Below, one piece after another: positions 8,427 through 16,427 of a stretch of DNA of 32,000 nucleotides (positions are counted from its first letter, which is position 1; each line of letters begins with the position of its first letter). The stretch is from Thermodesulfobacteriota bacterium. Lineage in GTDB: Bacteria; Desulfobacterota; WTBG01; JAGOGO01. The stretch is from positions 1,815,622 to 1,847,621 of the forward strand of contig CP113000.1 in assembly GCA_026625185.1 (NCBI GenBank). The letters run 5' to 3'. A program made the position numbers and the translations under genes. A model generated the notes under the pieces. That model worked only from the letters and a program-made list of their open reading frames with translations, did not search any database and was not told the DNA's origin.

Positions 8427-8432
8427 TAATAA

Positions 8433-8460
8433 ATTATATAAGATTTTTTCAGAGATTAAA
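8433..8460 (-). promoter_or_regulatory. Putative sigma70-type promoter for pabABC
   Basis: The minus strand reads TTTAAT (8460-8455), a 16-nt spacer, then TATAAT (8438-8433). Confidence 0.4.
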
Positions 8461-8479
8461 ATGTTTTTTGAGTAATTTC

Positions 8480-8510
8480 TTGACAGCGGTTTAGGAGTTA
8501 TATATATAAT
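8480..8510 (+). promoter_or_regulatory. Putative sigma70-type promoter for the PC4-like gene
   Basis: TTGACA (8480-8485) is followed by a 17-nt spacer and TATATA (8503-8508). Alternatively, a 19-nt spacer gives TATAAT (8505-8510). Confidence 0.5.
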
Positions 8511-8604
8511 CCGAACCAATTGTCTTATTGATACGATGAATCGAAAAATATAAAAAATATCAATTGATTAAAGTTTATGAAGATTAAATAGGGGGCTGCA
8601 TAAA

Positions 8605-8835
8605 ATGACTGAAGTAATTGCCAGCTTTGAAAAAAATTCGTTTGAAGAAGTTAGGATTTCTCTAACAAATTTTAAAGGGAAAGATCTTATTGATCTGAGA
8701 GTTTACTACCGTCCTGATGATGGAGAGGAAATGCGCCCCACAAAAAAAGGAATAACTATTTCCCTTGAGAAATTTTCTGAATTAAAAAGCGCAATCCTTG
8801 CCCTTGAAAAAGCTCTTCCCAAAAAGGAAATGTAA
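8605..8835 (+). CDS. PC4/p15-like (YdbC-type) ssDNA-binding protein
   Basis: 'FKGKDLIDLRVYYRPDDGEEMRPTKKGITISLEKFSELKSAI' fits the PC4 C-terminal domain pattern (FkGk..vDiReyy...G...PtkKGIsL). The RBS AGGGGG lies at 8591-8596. Confidence 0.7.
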   Translation: MTEVIASFEKNSFEEVRISLTNFKGKDLIDLRVYYRPDDGEEMRPTKKGITISLEKFSELKSAILALEKALPKKEM

Positions 8836-8904
8836 GTAAAGTCCAAAGCTCGATATTTTTTTAAAACCTAGCCCCAAAGAATATTACGGAAAAGAAACAA
8901 TCGG

Positions 8905-9408
8905 TTATTCATATTCTTTTTCGATTTTTTTTGACTTTTCCTCTACGTCCGCCAACAACCTTTTTCGAAAATCTTCAACTTCTTTTTTTATTTCTGAGTA
9001 CTTGTTTGCTAAAATTTGAGCGGCAAAAAGAGCGGCGTTTTTTGCCCCTGATTTACCGATTGCCATGGTAGCCACGGGAACTCCCGGGGGCATTTGAACC
9101 GTGGAAAGTAAAGCGTCAAGGCCTTTTAAGGCTGAAGAATCTATCGGAACACCAATAATAGGGAGACAGGTATTGCTTGCAATCACTCCCGCAAGATGGG
9201 CAGCGTGACCAGCACCCGCAATTATTACCTCTATCCCCTGATCTGAAGCATTACGAGCATATCGAGAGGTTCGATCCGGGGAACGATGGGCTGAGGTTAC
9301 CATTACCTCAAAGCCAATCTTTAATTCCTTGAGCATTTTTATCGCTTCTTCCATAACCGGCATATCAGAAGCACTTCCCATTACGATACTGACTAATTTC
9401 TTTTCCAT
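8905..9408 (-). CDS. purE: N5-carboxyaminoimidazole ribonucleotide mutase (class I PurE)
   Basis: 'VSIVMGSASDMPVM', 'VTSAHRSPDR' (SAHR indicates class I) and 'IIAGAGHAAHLAGVIAS..PIIGVP'. Confidence 0.9.
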   Translation of the reverse strand: MEKKLVSIVMGSASDMPVMEEAIKMLKELKIGFEVMVTSAHRSPDRTSRYARNASDQGIEVIIAGAGHAAHLAGVIASNTCLPIIGVPIDSSALKGLDALLSTVQMPPGVPVATMAIGKSGAKNAALFAAQILANKYSEIKKEVEDFRKRLLADVEEKSKKIEKEYE

Positions 9409-9459
9409 GGCACCCCAACTATCGTGATAATGATAATTGTTAAAAGAAAAACTTATCTA

Positions 9460-10242
9460 TTACTCGGATCCCAGTTTTTTCTGGATTAATTCATACTCTT
9501 TTTTAATTTCTTTATTTTGAGGGCTTAGGCTTAACGCTTTGTTTAAAACCCATAAGGCCTCGTGATACCAACCTCCTTCTCGGTAATTTTTCCCCACCTT
9601 AAGGTAAGCATCAATTACGCCTCCGTCATAGATGTTTTCAAAAAAAGACTTAAGTGATCCTTCACCATAAACGCGATCAAATTGGTCTTCCGCTTCTACT
9701 AAAAAACGGATGAGCAACCCATCATTTTTGTTCTGAATGATGACTTTCTGGAGTTGATCCATCGCTTTAGAAAAAAGGTACTGGAGACTGTCAATTTCTT
9801 GCGCGATACTCTCTTGAGTTCTTTTTATTATCGTTTTATATTCCTCGCACAACTCGGCGAGATTGACATCGTCCGGAATATTCTTGCTTTCAGTAAAGAC
9901 ATTTCCCCACTTTTTATAAACTTCCAAAATATAAACATCTTCTTTTAATTTCATTCCTTCGTGGAAAATTGAACCGAGAGTCCAATCAAATATATTTTCA
10001 TAAAAACGTTGCTTTGATATATTTTCGCGAAAAAGAGCGTGAGAGCCGTCTTTCAAATTCCACAAAGACCCTTTATTGTTTTCGGTTCCGATCCAGAGGT
10101 CTAAATCTTTGAAAACGAAGTGACCGGAATTTTTGTAATGGTCAAAAAGGTCATTAAAAAATACTTTGGTCAAGAGCACCTGCTGGATGAGGTCCTTAAG
10201 CAAAACCGATTTCCGTTCTTCGATCCACTTTTTTTCTTTCAT
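9460..10242 (-). CDS. Hypothetical protein (260 aa) with a single TPR-like C-terminal helix pair
   Basis: A long ORF with non-repetitive composition, sitting 51 nt upstream of purE on the same strand. The C-terminus 'GGWYHEALWVLNKALSLSPQNKEIKKEYELI' is TPR-like. The rest is unassignable by eye. Confidence 0.6.
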   Translation of the reverse strand: MKEKKWIEERKSVLLKDLIQQVLLTKVFFNDLFDHYKNSGHFVFKDLDLWIGTENNKGSLWNLKDGSHALFRENISKQRFYENIFDWTLGSIFHEGMKLKEDVYILEVYKKWGNVFTESKNIPDDVNLAELCEEYKTIIKRTQESIAQEIDSLQYLFSKAMDQLQKVIIQNKNDGLLIRFLVEAEDQFDRVYGEGSLKSFFENIYDGGVIDAYLKVGKNYREGGWYHEALWVLNKALSLSPQNKEIKKEYELIQKKLGSE

Positions 10243-10266
10243 GGTTGTACCCGTTTTTTATTTTAT

Positions 10267-10276
10267 CCCGTTAGAA
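10267..10276. repeat. Inverted half-copy (CCCGTTAGAA) of the TTCTAACGGG unit
   Basis: Exact reverse complement of TTCTAACGGG at 10391-10400, which lies 114 nt away. Confidence 0.4.
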
Positions 10277-10370
10277 ATGCCGCGCAAACTTGTTTAGATA
10301 CCAAAAAGCTAACTCAGTGAAGAAGTACGTGGCAGACTTAATAAAAATTCTTCCACTTTTTTATACGGAG

Positions 10371-10411
10371 AAAATCCCCCCGTGAAATCCTTCTAACGGG
10401 GTTTGCCGGGG
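10371..10411 (-). terminator. purD terminator hairpin, which is also a copy of the TTCTAACGGGG(TTTGCCGG) unit
   Basis: On the minus strand, CCCCGT-loop-ACGGGG (10401-10378) is followed by GGATTTTCTCC. The plus strand reads CCTTCTAACGGGGTTTGCCGGGG (10389-10411). Confidence 0.55.
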
Positions 10412-10444
10412 TCTTAAGTGAAAAAAATTTATAATTCGTGAGAA

Positions 10445-11722
10445 TCATTTTCTTTTAAGCGCTTTGCTCCCGATGTCTTTTCGATGATAAACACCTTCCC
10501 AGGTGATCTTTGATACTGCCTTATATGCCTGGTTGATTGCCTCTTGAATGCTATTTCCGAGAGCAGTGACCCCAAGCACCCTTCCTCCATTCGTTACTAT
10601 TTTCCCATTGTTCCAGGCAGTGCCTGCATGAAACACAAAAGCCTCTTTAACCTGTTCGGCTGCTTCCAAGCCTGAAATTATTTTTCCCTTTTCGTATTTT
10701 CCGGGATAACCGGATGATGCCATGACAACACACACTGCGGGCCTCGCATCCCATTCTATTTGCATTTCTTTCAGGTTGCCCGTGATCGTGGCTTCTAACA
10801 CCGGAAGGAGATCGTTTTTCATTTTTACCAACAGGGGTTGTGTTTCCGGATCTCCAAACCGGGTATTAAATTCAAGTACCCAGGGTTCCCCTTTATCAAT
10901 CATCAAGCCTGCGTAAAGAATGCCTCTGTATTTTCTACCTTCCGCAGCCATCCCTTTAATAGTTGGGATCATTATTTTTTTCATTACTTTTTCGCTTATC
11001 TCTGACGTTACCACCGGAGCAGGCGAGTAGGCCCCCATCCCTCCGGTATTGGGGCCTTGATCGCCATCATAGATTGCTTTGTGGTCCTGGGAGGAGGGCA
11101 TGGGTACAACGGTTTCTCCATCCGTAAAAGCCAGAAAAGAGGCTTCTTCACCCAACAGAAATTCCTCAATAACCACTTTGTTACCCGCAGTTCCAAAATC
11201 CTTTTTGATCATTATTAAATCGATGGCATCGCGCGCTTGTTGTTCAGTAATCGCCAGCATAACACCTTTTCCTGCCGCCAACCCATCAGCTTTAACCACT
11301 AAAGGTGTGCATCGCTCTTTGACATATTCTTTTGCTTTTTCCGGATCCGAGAAAGTTCTATGGTCAGCAGTAGGAATATTATATTTTTTCATAAATTCCT
11401 TAGCAAAGGCTTTACTGCCCTCTAATTCCGCTGCTCGAGCATTGGGACCACAAATAATAAGGCCGCGTTTTTGGAAGATGTCAACGATCCCCATGGTAAG
11501 AGGGACTTCCGGTCCAACGACCGTGAGGTCAATCGATTCTTTTTCGGCAAAATCGGCTAAGCCGGGAATGTCCTCCACCGGTATAGGAACACACTGAGCC
11601 TGACGGGATATCCCGGCATTTCCCGGCGCGCAAAAAATCTCACCTATTTGGGGACTGGAAGAGAGTTTCCAGACGATCGTATGCTCTCTTCCTCCGCTTC
11701 CAATAACAAATACTTTTTTCAT
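10445..11722 (-). CDS. purD: Phosphoribosylamine-glycine ligase
   Basis: 'KVFVIGSGGREHTIVWKLSSSP..APGNAG' plus ATP-grasp motifs ('VVKADGLAAGKGV', 'EFNTRFGDPE'). I placed the start at ATG 11722. The track's TTG at 11734 is an alternative. Confidence 0.95.
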   Translation of the reverse strand: MKKVFVIGSGGREHTIVWKLSSSPQIGEIFCAPGNAGISRQAQCVPIPVEDIPGLADFAEKESIDLTVVGPEVPLTMGIVDIFQKRGLIICGPNARAAELEGSKAFAKEFMKKYNIPTADHRTFSDPEKAKEYVKERCTPLVVKADGLAAGKGVMLAITEQQARDAIDLIMIKKDFGTAGNKVVIEEFLLGEEASFLAFTDGETVVPMPSSQDHKAIYDGDQGPNTGGMGAYSPAPVVTSEISEKVMKKIMIPTIKGMAAEGRKYRGILYAGLMIDKGEPWVLEFNTRFGDPETQPLLVKMKNDLLPVLEATITGNLKEMQIEWDARPAVCVVMASSGYPGKYEKGKIISGLEAAEQVKEAFVFHAGTAWNNGKIVTNGGRVLGVTALGNSIQEAINQAYKAVSKITWEGVYHRKDIGSKALKRK

Positions 11723-11836
11723 TTTTGTCGCCAATTCTTCGTGTTACGTCTTTTAATTAACTTGAATAATATACGGATCCGCTGGTTTTGTTTTAAACAA
11801 TTATCGACAGTTTTAAAAATAGCACGAAAACAGGTT

Positions 11837-11938
11837 CTCCCCTTTACTAAAGGGGAGTCGGGGGGGATTTGTTTTATGGTTTCATATTGTTGTTACTAAC
11901 CAACGAATCCCCCTTAATCACCCTTTGCGAAAGAGGGG
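11837..11938. other. Cluster of three G/C-rich hairpins in the purH(N)-purD spacer
   Basis: Hairpin A: CTCCCCTT-TACTA-AAGGGGAG (11837-11857). Hairpin B: GGGGGATT (11862-11869) pairs with AATCCCCC (11906-11913) across a 36-nt loop. Hairpin C: the short hairpin CCCTTT-GCG-AAAGAGGG (11921-11937, one bulged A). A run of 7 G lies at 11860-11866. Confidence 0.5.
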
Positions 11939-11950
11939 ACTTGTAATTTA

Positions 11951-12547
11951 TTAAACTTTTTCTAAATATTCGGTGATCGCTTTATCATAATGAGAAGTTA
12001 ATCTAAAAACTTTCTTGGCTAAACGAAAACGGGTTTCCAAAGAAAGCGCGCCTACGGATTTTTGCATCTCTTCGATTATTTTTTCATAATCCTGAGGGTC
12101 AGTCACCACCGCCACGTCATTATAATTTTTTGCTGATGAGCGTAGCATAGTAGGGCCGCCAATATCAATATTTTCAATTGCCTCTTCCAGGGTGCAATCT
12201 GTTTTGGCAACAGTTTTTTCAAAGGGATAAAGATTTACCACCACCAAATCAATCGGCTCGATGCCGTGGGTTTTCATCTGCATCATATGTTCGGCATTAT
12301 CCCGTTTTCCTAACAATGCACCATGAATTTTGGGATGGAGAGTCTTTATTCGACCATCCATCATTTCAGGAAATCCCGTATAACGTGAGACTTCAATAAC
12401 CGGGATTCCTGCCTCCTGAAGCGATCGAGCTGTCCCTCCGGTGGAAAGAATCTGAACCCCCATCGAATGCAAGGTTTGAGCTAATTGTACAGCTCCGGTT
12501 TTGTCAGAGACACTAATCAGTGCGCGTTTGATTTTTACCTCTTTCAC
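11951..12547 (-). CDS. purH: Stand-alone IMP cyclohydrolase (MGS-like N-terminal domain of PurH; no AICAR formyltransferase domain)
   Basis: '[10 protein letters not shown]', 'ILSTGGTA', '[16 protein letters not shown]', 'VVVNLYPF' and '[19 protein letters not shown]' are PurH IMPCH-domain motifs. The ORF stops after 198 aa at the domain boundary, and the next 215 nt are non-coding. Confidence 0.85.
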   Translation of the reverse strand: MKEVKIKRALISVSDKTGAVQLAQTLHSMGVQILSTGGTARSLQEAGIPVIEVSRYTGFPEMMDGRIKTLHPKIHGALLGKRDNAEHMMQMKTHGIEPIDLVVVNLYPFEKTVAKTDCTLEEAIENIDIGGPTMLRSSAKNYNDVAVVTDPQDYEKIIEEMQKSVGALSLETRFRLAKKVFRLTSHYDKAITEYLEKV

Positions 12548-12590
12548 AGCAGTTCCTCCTTAACTCAGATGAAATGATTGGTTGTTTTTT

Positions 12591-13763
12591 CTAAGTTTGA
12601 TTTTTAACCTCAAACCTAATTCCGCCTTTTTTGTATATCCGTGGAACACGACTGCTGACTCCACAAAGAATCTCATATGGTATAGTATTCGCCCATTGAG
12701 CAACGTCTTGGACAGAAATAGTAGCTTCTCCCTGGTCTCCAAAAAGCACAACTTCTTCACCTGGCTTTATTCCTGTAAGATCGGTCACATCAGCCATAAT
12801 TAAATCCATACACACTGAACCCACGATAGGCAGCTTTTTCCCTTGAATTAAAACTTTCCCCCGGTTAGAAAGTCGATAATGGAACCCATCACCATAGCCA
12901 ATAGCAATAGTGGCAATAAGGCTTTCTTTTTTCGTGTAAAAAGTACGGCTATAACTTATGGGTGCCCCTGGTGGAATGACTTTTATTTGGATTACGTGGC
13001 TTTTTAGGCCCATCACGGGTTTGAGGGTAATAGCCTTTTTAAGATCATCAGAAGGATACGCTCCATAAAGCATAAGCCCTGCCCTGACCATAGTACACTC
13101 CGGGATCAAATTTTCAATGATAGCTGAACTGTTGGCCATATGGATCAGAGGAGGATCAAAACCCAGCTTTCTTATGGGGAATAATGATTTTTTAAACTTT
13201 TTTATTTGATCAGCTGTATATTTTCTGCTTTCTTTATCACGAAGATGGGCGGAAGAAAGATGGGAAAGGATGCCTTCCACTTTTAGGAAGTTAGCTGCTT
13301 GAAGGCTGCTGAAAAACTTCTCTGTTTGGTCAAACGGAACTCCCAAACGGTTCATACCCGTGTCTATTTTAACGTGAACTGGAAGCGCGTGCTTTTGTCT
13401 TTTCCCTTCAGCGTCAAGAGCGCGGGCTAAAGCAAGGTCAAAGACCACGGGAGTGAGTTTAAAGGTAAAAATTTTTTTAACGTGAAAGGGAAAAATCCCC
13501 CCTAAGATCAAAATAGGTTTTTTGATGCCGGCCTTGCGAAGCTTAATTCCTTCTTCAATAAAGGCAACGCCCAAAAAATCTACTCCCAGCGCCTCCAATT
13601 CACGGGCAATACCAATTGCGCCGTGACCGTAAGCATTGGCTTTTACGACCGCAAGAATTTTTTTACTTTTCCCTCCTAACCTTCGGACTTGGGCCACGTT
13701 AAACGACAGGGCGTCTAAATCAATTTCCGCTTGGGTGGGGGGGTGAGCTAATTTTTTCGCCAT
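12591..13763 (-). CDS. alr: Alanine racemase
   Basis: 'AVVKANAYGHG' is the PLP-lysine motif. 'GVAFIEEG', 'HVKIDTGMNRLG' and 'VCMDLIMADVT' are also present. Confidence 0.9.
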   Translation of the reverse strand: MAKKLAHPPTQAEIDLDALSFNVAQVRRLGGKSKKILAVVKANAYGHGAIGIARELEALGVDFLGVAFIEEGIKLRKAGIKKPILILGGIFPFHVKKIFTFKLTPVVFDLALARALDAEGKRQKHALPVHVKIDTGMNRLGVPFDQTEKFFSSLQAANFLKVEGILSHLSSAHLRDKESRKYTADQIKKFKKSLFPIRKLGFDPPLIHMANSSAIIENLIPECTMVRAGLMLYGAYPSDDLKKAITLKPVMGLKSHVIQIKVIPPGAPISYSRTFYTKKESLIATIAIGYGDGFHYRLSNRGKVLIQGKKLPIVGSVCMDLIMADVTDLTGIKPGEEVVLFGDQGEATISVQDVAQWANTIPYEILCGVSSRVPRIYKKGGIRFEVKNQT

Positions 13764-14115
13764 GAAACTCTCACGGTAAGACAGCTATTTAATTTTCCAA
13801 ACCCTGTCAAAAAAAATAAAATGGGTTTAATAAGTTGATAAAAATCTTTCCACGACTAGTTGAAAGGGAGTATATATTTTTGTAATAGGTAAATCAATTA
13901 TTCTGTGATAAAATTTATTTTAATTTTTTAATACTATTTTCCGGGATAGATGGCGGGTAAAAAAGGCAGGAAATTATTTTGTCTTAAGATTACGTCATAA
14001 AAAAAAGTTCTTTCGCAGAAAAAAAATTTTACTTCTCTTATCCAAAGCAGGAGCTTTTTTAGCGCTCATTTGGGCTCCGGGCTGAAAATAAAAATTAGAT
14101 GCTCAGAGGAAAATT

Positions 14116-16383
14116 ATGAAAAATGAGTTTCGGAGAAAATATGGTGAGACTGACTCTTCACCCGAAAAAAATGAGTTTCGCAGAAAACATGGTGAATTTT
14201 ATTCCTTACGCAAGAAAAAATTTTCAATCACCACCATGATTTTCTTTTTTTTGGGCATAATTACGCTCACAGGATTTTTGCTTTTGTTTTTTTCCCCTGA
14301 CTTAGTTGATCAGGTTATAAAAGGAGGTACTTCTTTTTTTAAGACAAAGCCTAAGTTGCACCAGGTGAGAATAAATTTAAACGGAAAAGAAAGCTATCTT
14401 CCCGACCAAGGTTTTGTAGAAGTACAGTCAGGAGATAAACTGACCTTAATGGACGTTGATACCAGTGCGTTTTTTAATCGCGGCATAAATACAAAGATCG
14501 AAAACATTCAGTCTGATATAAGCTTGAATACACCGGTTGAGATTAATAAAATGGTTGAGGCAAGCTTGAAATCTTCCCCCGATGGGCGGGGAAAGGAGTT
14601 TAGTCTCACTTTTCATAAAAATGGGGAAGTTTTTGGCTCTATCACTATAAAAGTAGCTTTAACTGCGGCAGATTGGTTGAAGTGGGGAGATGCCCAGAAA
14701 GATGGTAAGTCAAAAATTAAATGCTACCAATTTGCAAAAAAATTATCTCCTGAAAATCCGGAAATAAATCTCCGTCTGGCGGAAACGTATAAGGAGACAA
14801 AGGATCTGCGAGATTCTATCAAAGCTTATGAGGAAGCAGCAAAAGCAGATCCCAAAAATATGGATAATCTTCTGAGTCTGGAAGATCTTTACTCGAAAAC
14901 CAAAAATAACGACGGTCTTATAACGACCTATGAGAGAATTTTAAGGCTTGATCAAAAAAATGCAAATGTTTATAATAACTTAGGCTATGCGTATTTTAAA
15001 AAAGGGGATTTAAAAATGGCTGAAGGGGCCTATAATAAAGCACTGGCTATTAATCCCAATGATGCTGATTTTCGGACCAACCTTGCCAAGGTATATGAAC
15101 AGAATAAAAATTACCCCCAAGCGATCAAAGAATACGAAAAGGTTTACTCTCAAAATCCCCGGAATAAAAATGTCCTTTATGCCTTGATCGACCTTTATGG
15201 CGCAAAAAAAGATACTGATAACCTGATTAACACCTATGAGCGTCTTCTGAAACTTGAACCAAAAAATGCCACTCTTTACAATAACCTTGGATTTATTTGC
15301 CGGGAGAAAAAAGAATGGGATAAGGCGATAGAATCTTTGCAACAGGCGGTAAAGCTTAGTCCCAAAGATTCGACTTTCCGAAAAGCTTTAGCCACCTGTT
15401 ATTATGAAGCAGGCAAGAGGAATGAGGCGGTTAATGAGTATGAAGATTTTCTCTCACTTAAGCCCAATGATCGGGAGACCCTTTACGCATTAGCTGATCT
15501 TCTTAAAAAACAAAATGACAAGAGAAAACTGGTTAATGTTTACGAGCGGATTCTTGGTATTGAGCCTAAAAACCACGTGGTGGAAAATAATCTGGCGGTG
15601 CTCGATGATGCTTTAGGTAAAAGAGAAGAGGCGCTAACCCATTATCGAAAGGCTCTTTCCTTAGCCCCGGAAAATAATGAATACCAAAAGAACTTAGCCC
15701 AATGTTTAGAAAGAATGGGGAAAATGAATGAGGCGATCGAGGTGTATGAAAAAGTGCTTCAACTTAACCCTCATGATGTCGACTCCCTTAATGCTTTATC
15801 TGAACTTTATGTAAGGACGAATAATAAAAAGAAACTTTTGGACGCGTATCGGAAAATTTTAAAAGTAGAGCCGAATAAAGCAGATCTCCATGACAAATTA
15901 GCCTCTCTTCTGGCTAAAGATAAGGAATTTGATGAAGCTATTAAACACTATCAGAAAGCAATTCAGCTTGCCCCTCAAAGCTTTGCCTTTCGGCTTAACT
16001 TAGCTCGGGTTTATGAAAATATGGGTGATTTAGAAAACGCGCTTACTGAATATAAAGCAGTTTACAAAATTAACCCCGAATCCCATGAAGCCAGAAATAA
16101 GATCCATGACCTTAATATAGAGATTTTAAGACGCAAACATGTTCCTCCTGCCATCAGGGCAGATACTACTGAAAACACCGAAGCAAACCAAGAGGCTCCT
16201 GAATCCAACACAGAAACTTTAAGACCGAATTCCACTTCTTCTGTCCAGGATAGTTCAGATACTACTGAAAGCACCGAAGCAGATCAAGAGGGTCCTGAGA
16301 AAAAAATAGAAACTTTACGATCTAAACATGCCGCTCCTCCTAACGATAGACCTGATACAATAGAGGGCACAGATTTTCAATAG
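14116..16383 (+). CDS. Membrane-anchored TPR-repeat protein
   Basis: The RBS AGAGGA lies 5 nt before the ATG. There is one hydrophobic helix, 'ITTMIFFFLGIITLTGFLLLFF', followed by more than 12 TPR units (recurrent 'A..Y.KAL.L.P.N' and 'YNNLG'). The tail is acidic and Thr/Glu-rich. Confidence 0.85.
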   Translation: MKNEFRRKYGETDSSPEKNEFRRKHGEFYSLRKKKFSITTMIFFFLGIITLTGFLLLFFSPDLVDQVIKGGTSFFKTKPKLHQVRINLNGKESYLPDQGFVEVQSGDKLTLMDVDTSAFFNRGINTKIENIQSDISLNTPVEINKMVEASLKSSPDGRGKEFSLTFHKNGEVFGSITIKVALTAADWLKWGDAQKDGKSKIKCYQFAKKLSPENPEINLRLAETYKETKDLRDSIKAYEEAAKADPKNMDNLLSLEDLYSKTKNNDGLITTYERILRLDQKNANVYNNLGYAYFKKGDLKMAEGAYNKALAINPNDADFRTNLAKVYEQNKNYPQAIKEYEKVYSQNPRNKNVLYALIDLYGAKKDTDNLINTYERLLKLEPKNATLYNNLGFICREKKEWDKAIESLQQAVKLSPKDSTFRKALATCYYEAGKRNEAVNEYEDFLSLKPNDRETLYALADLLKKQNDKRKLVNVYERILGIEPKNHVVENNLAVLDDALGKREEALTHYRKALSLAPENNEYQKNLAQCLERMGKMNEAIEVYEKVLQLNPHDVDSLNALSELYVRTNNKKKLLDAYRKILKVEPNKADLHDKLASLLAKDKEFDEAIKHYQKAIQLAPQSFAFRLNLARVYENMGDLENALTEYKAVYKINPESHEARNKIHDLNIEILRRKHVPPAIRADTTENTEANQEAPESNTETLRPNSTSSVQDSSDTTESTEADQEGPEKKIETLRSKHAAPPNDRPDTIEGTDFQ
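14119..14195 (+). repeat. 48-nt-period tandem duplication at the 5' end of the TPR gene
   Basis: AAAAATGAGTTTCGGAGAAAATATGGTGA (14119-14147) versus AAAAATGAGTTTCGCAGAAAACATGGTGA (14167-14195), matching at 27 of 29 positions. The duplication encodes KNEFRRKYGE and KNEFRRKHGE. Confidence 0.85.
14857..16080 (+). repeat. Four consecutive 306-nt (102-aa, 3-TPR) super-repeats
   Basis: The units start at NMDNLLSLEDLY, NKNVLYALIDLY, DRETLYALADLL and DVDSLNALSELY (14857, 15163, 15469, 15775). Columns are conserved, for example 'YER(I/L)L.(L/I).PKN' and 'A(I/V).(E/H)Y(E/Q)K'. Confidence 0.8.
16162..16320 (+). repeat. Two copies of a repeat of about 96 nt in the acidic C-terminal tail of the TPR protein
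   Basis: GATACTACTGAAAACACCGAAGCAAACCAAGAGGCTCCTGA... (16162) versus GATACTACTGAAAGCACCGAAGCAGATCAAGAGGGTCCTGA... (16258). At the protein level: DTTENTEANQEAPE..ETLR versus DTTESTEADQEGPE..ETLR. Confidence 0.8.
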
Positions 16384-16427
16384 AAACACGTTACGCTACA
16401 AACATACTCCTACTTATTGATATTCTC

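Noticed and set aside
11079-11597. 172-aa plus-strand ORF.
   Set aside because: It lies entirely antisense to the well-supported purD gene. Its Ser/Pro/Ala-rich low-complexity composition is typical of a shadow ORF.
15010-15342. 110-aa minus-strand ORF inside the TPR gene; similarly 23247-23678 (+) inside the kinase gene and 22494-22742 (+).
   Set aside because: They are antisense to strongly supported genes and have Phe/Ile/Lys-rich shadow composition.
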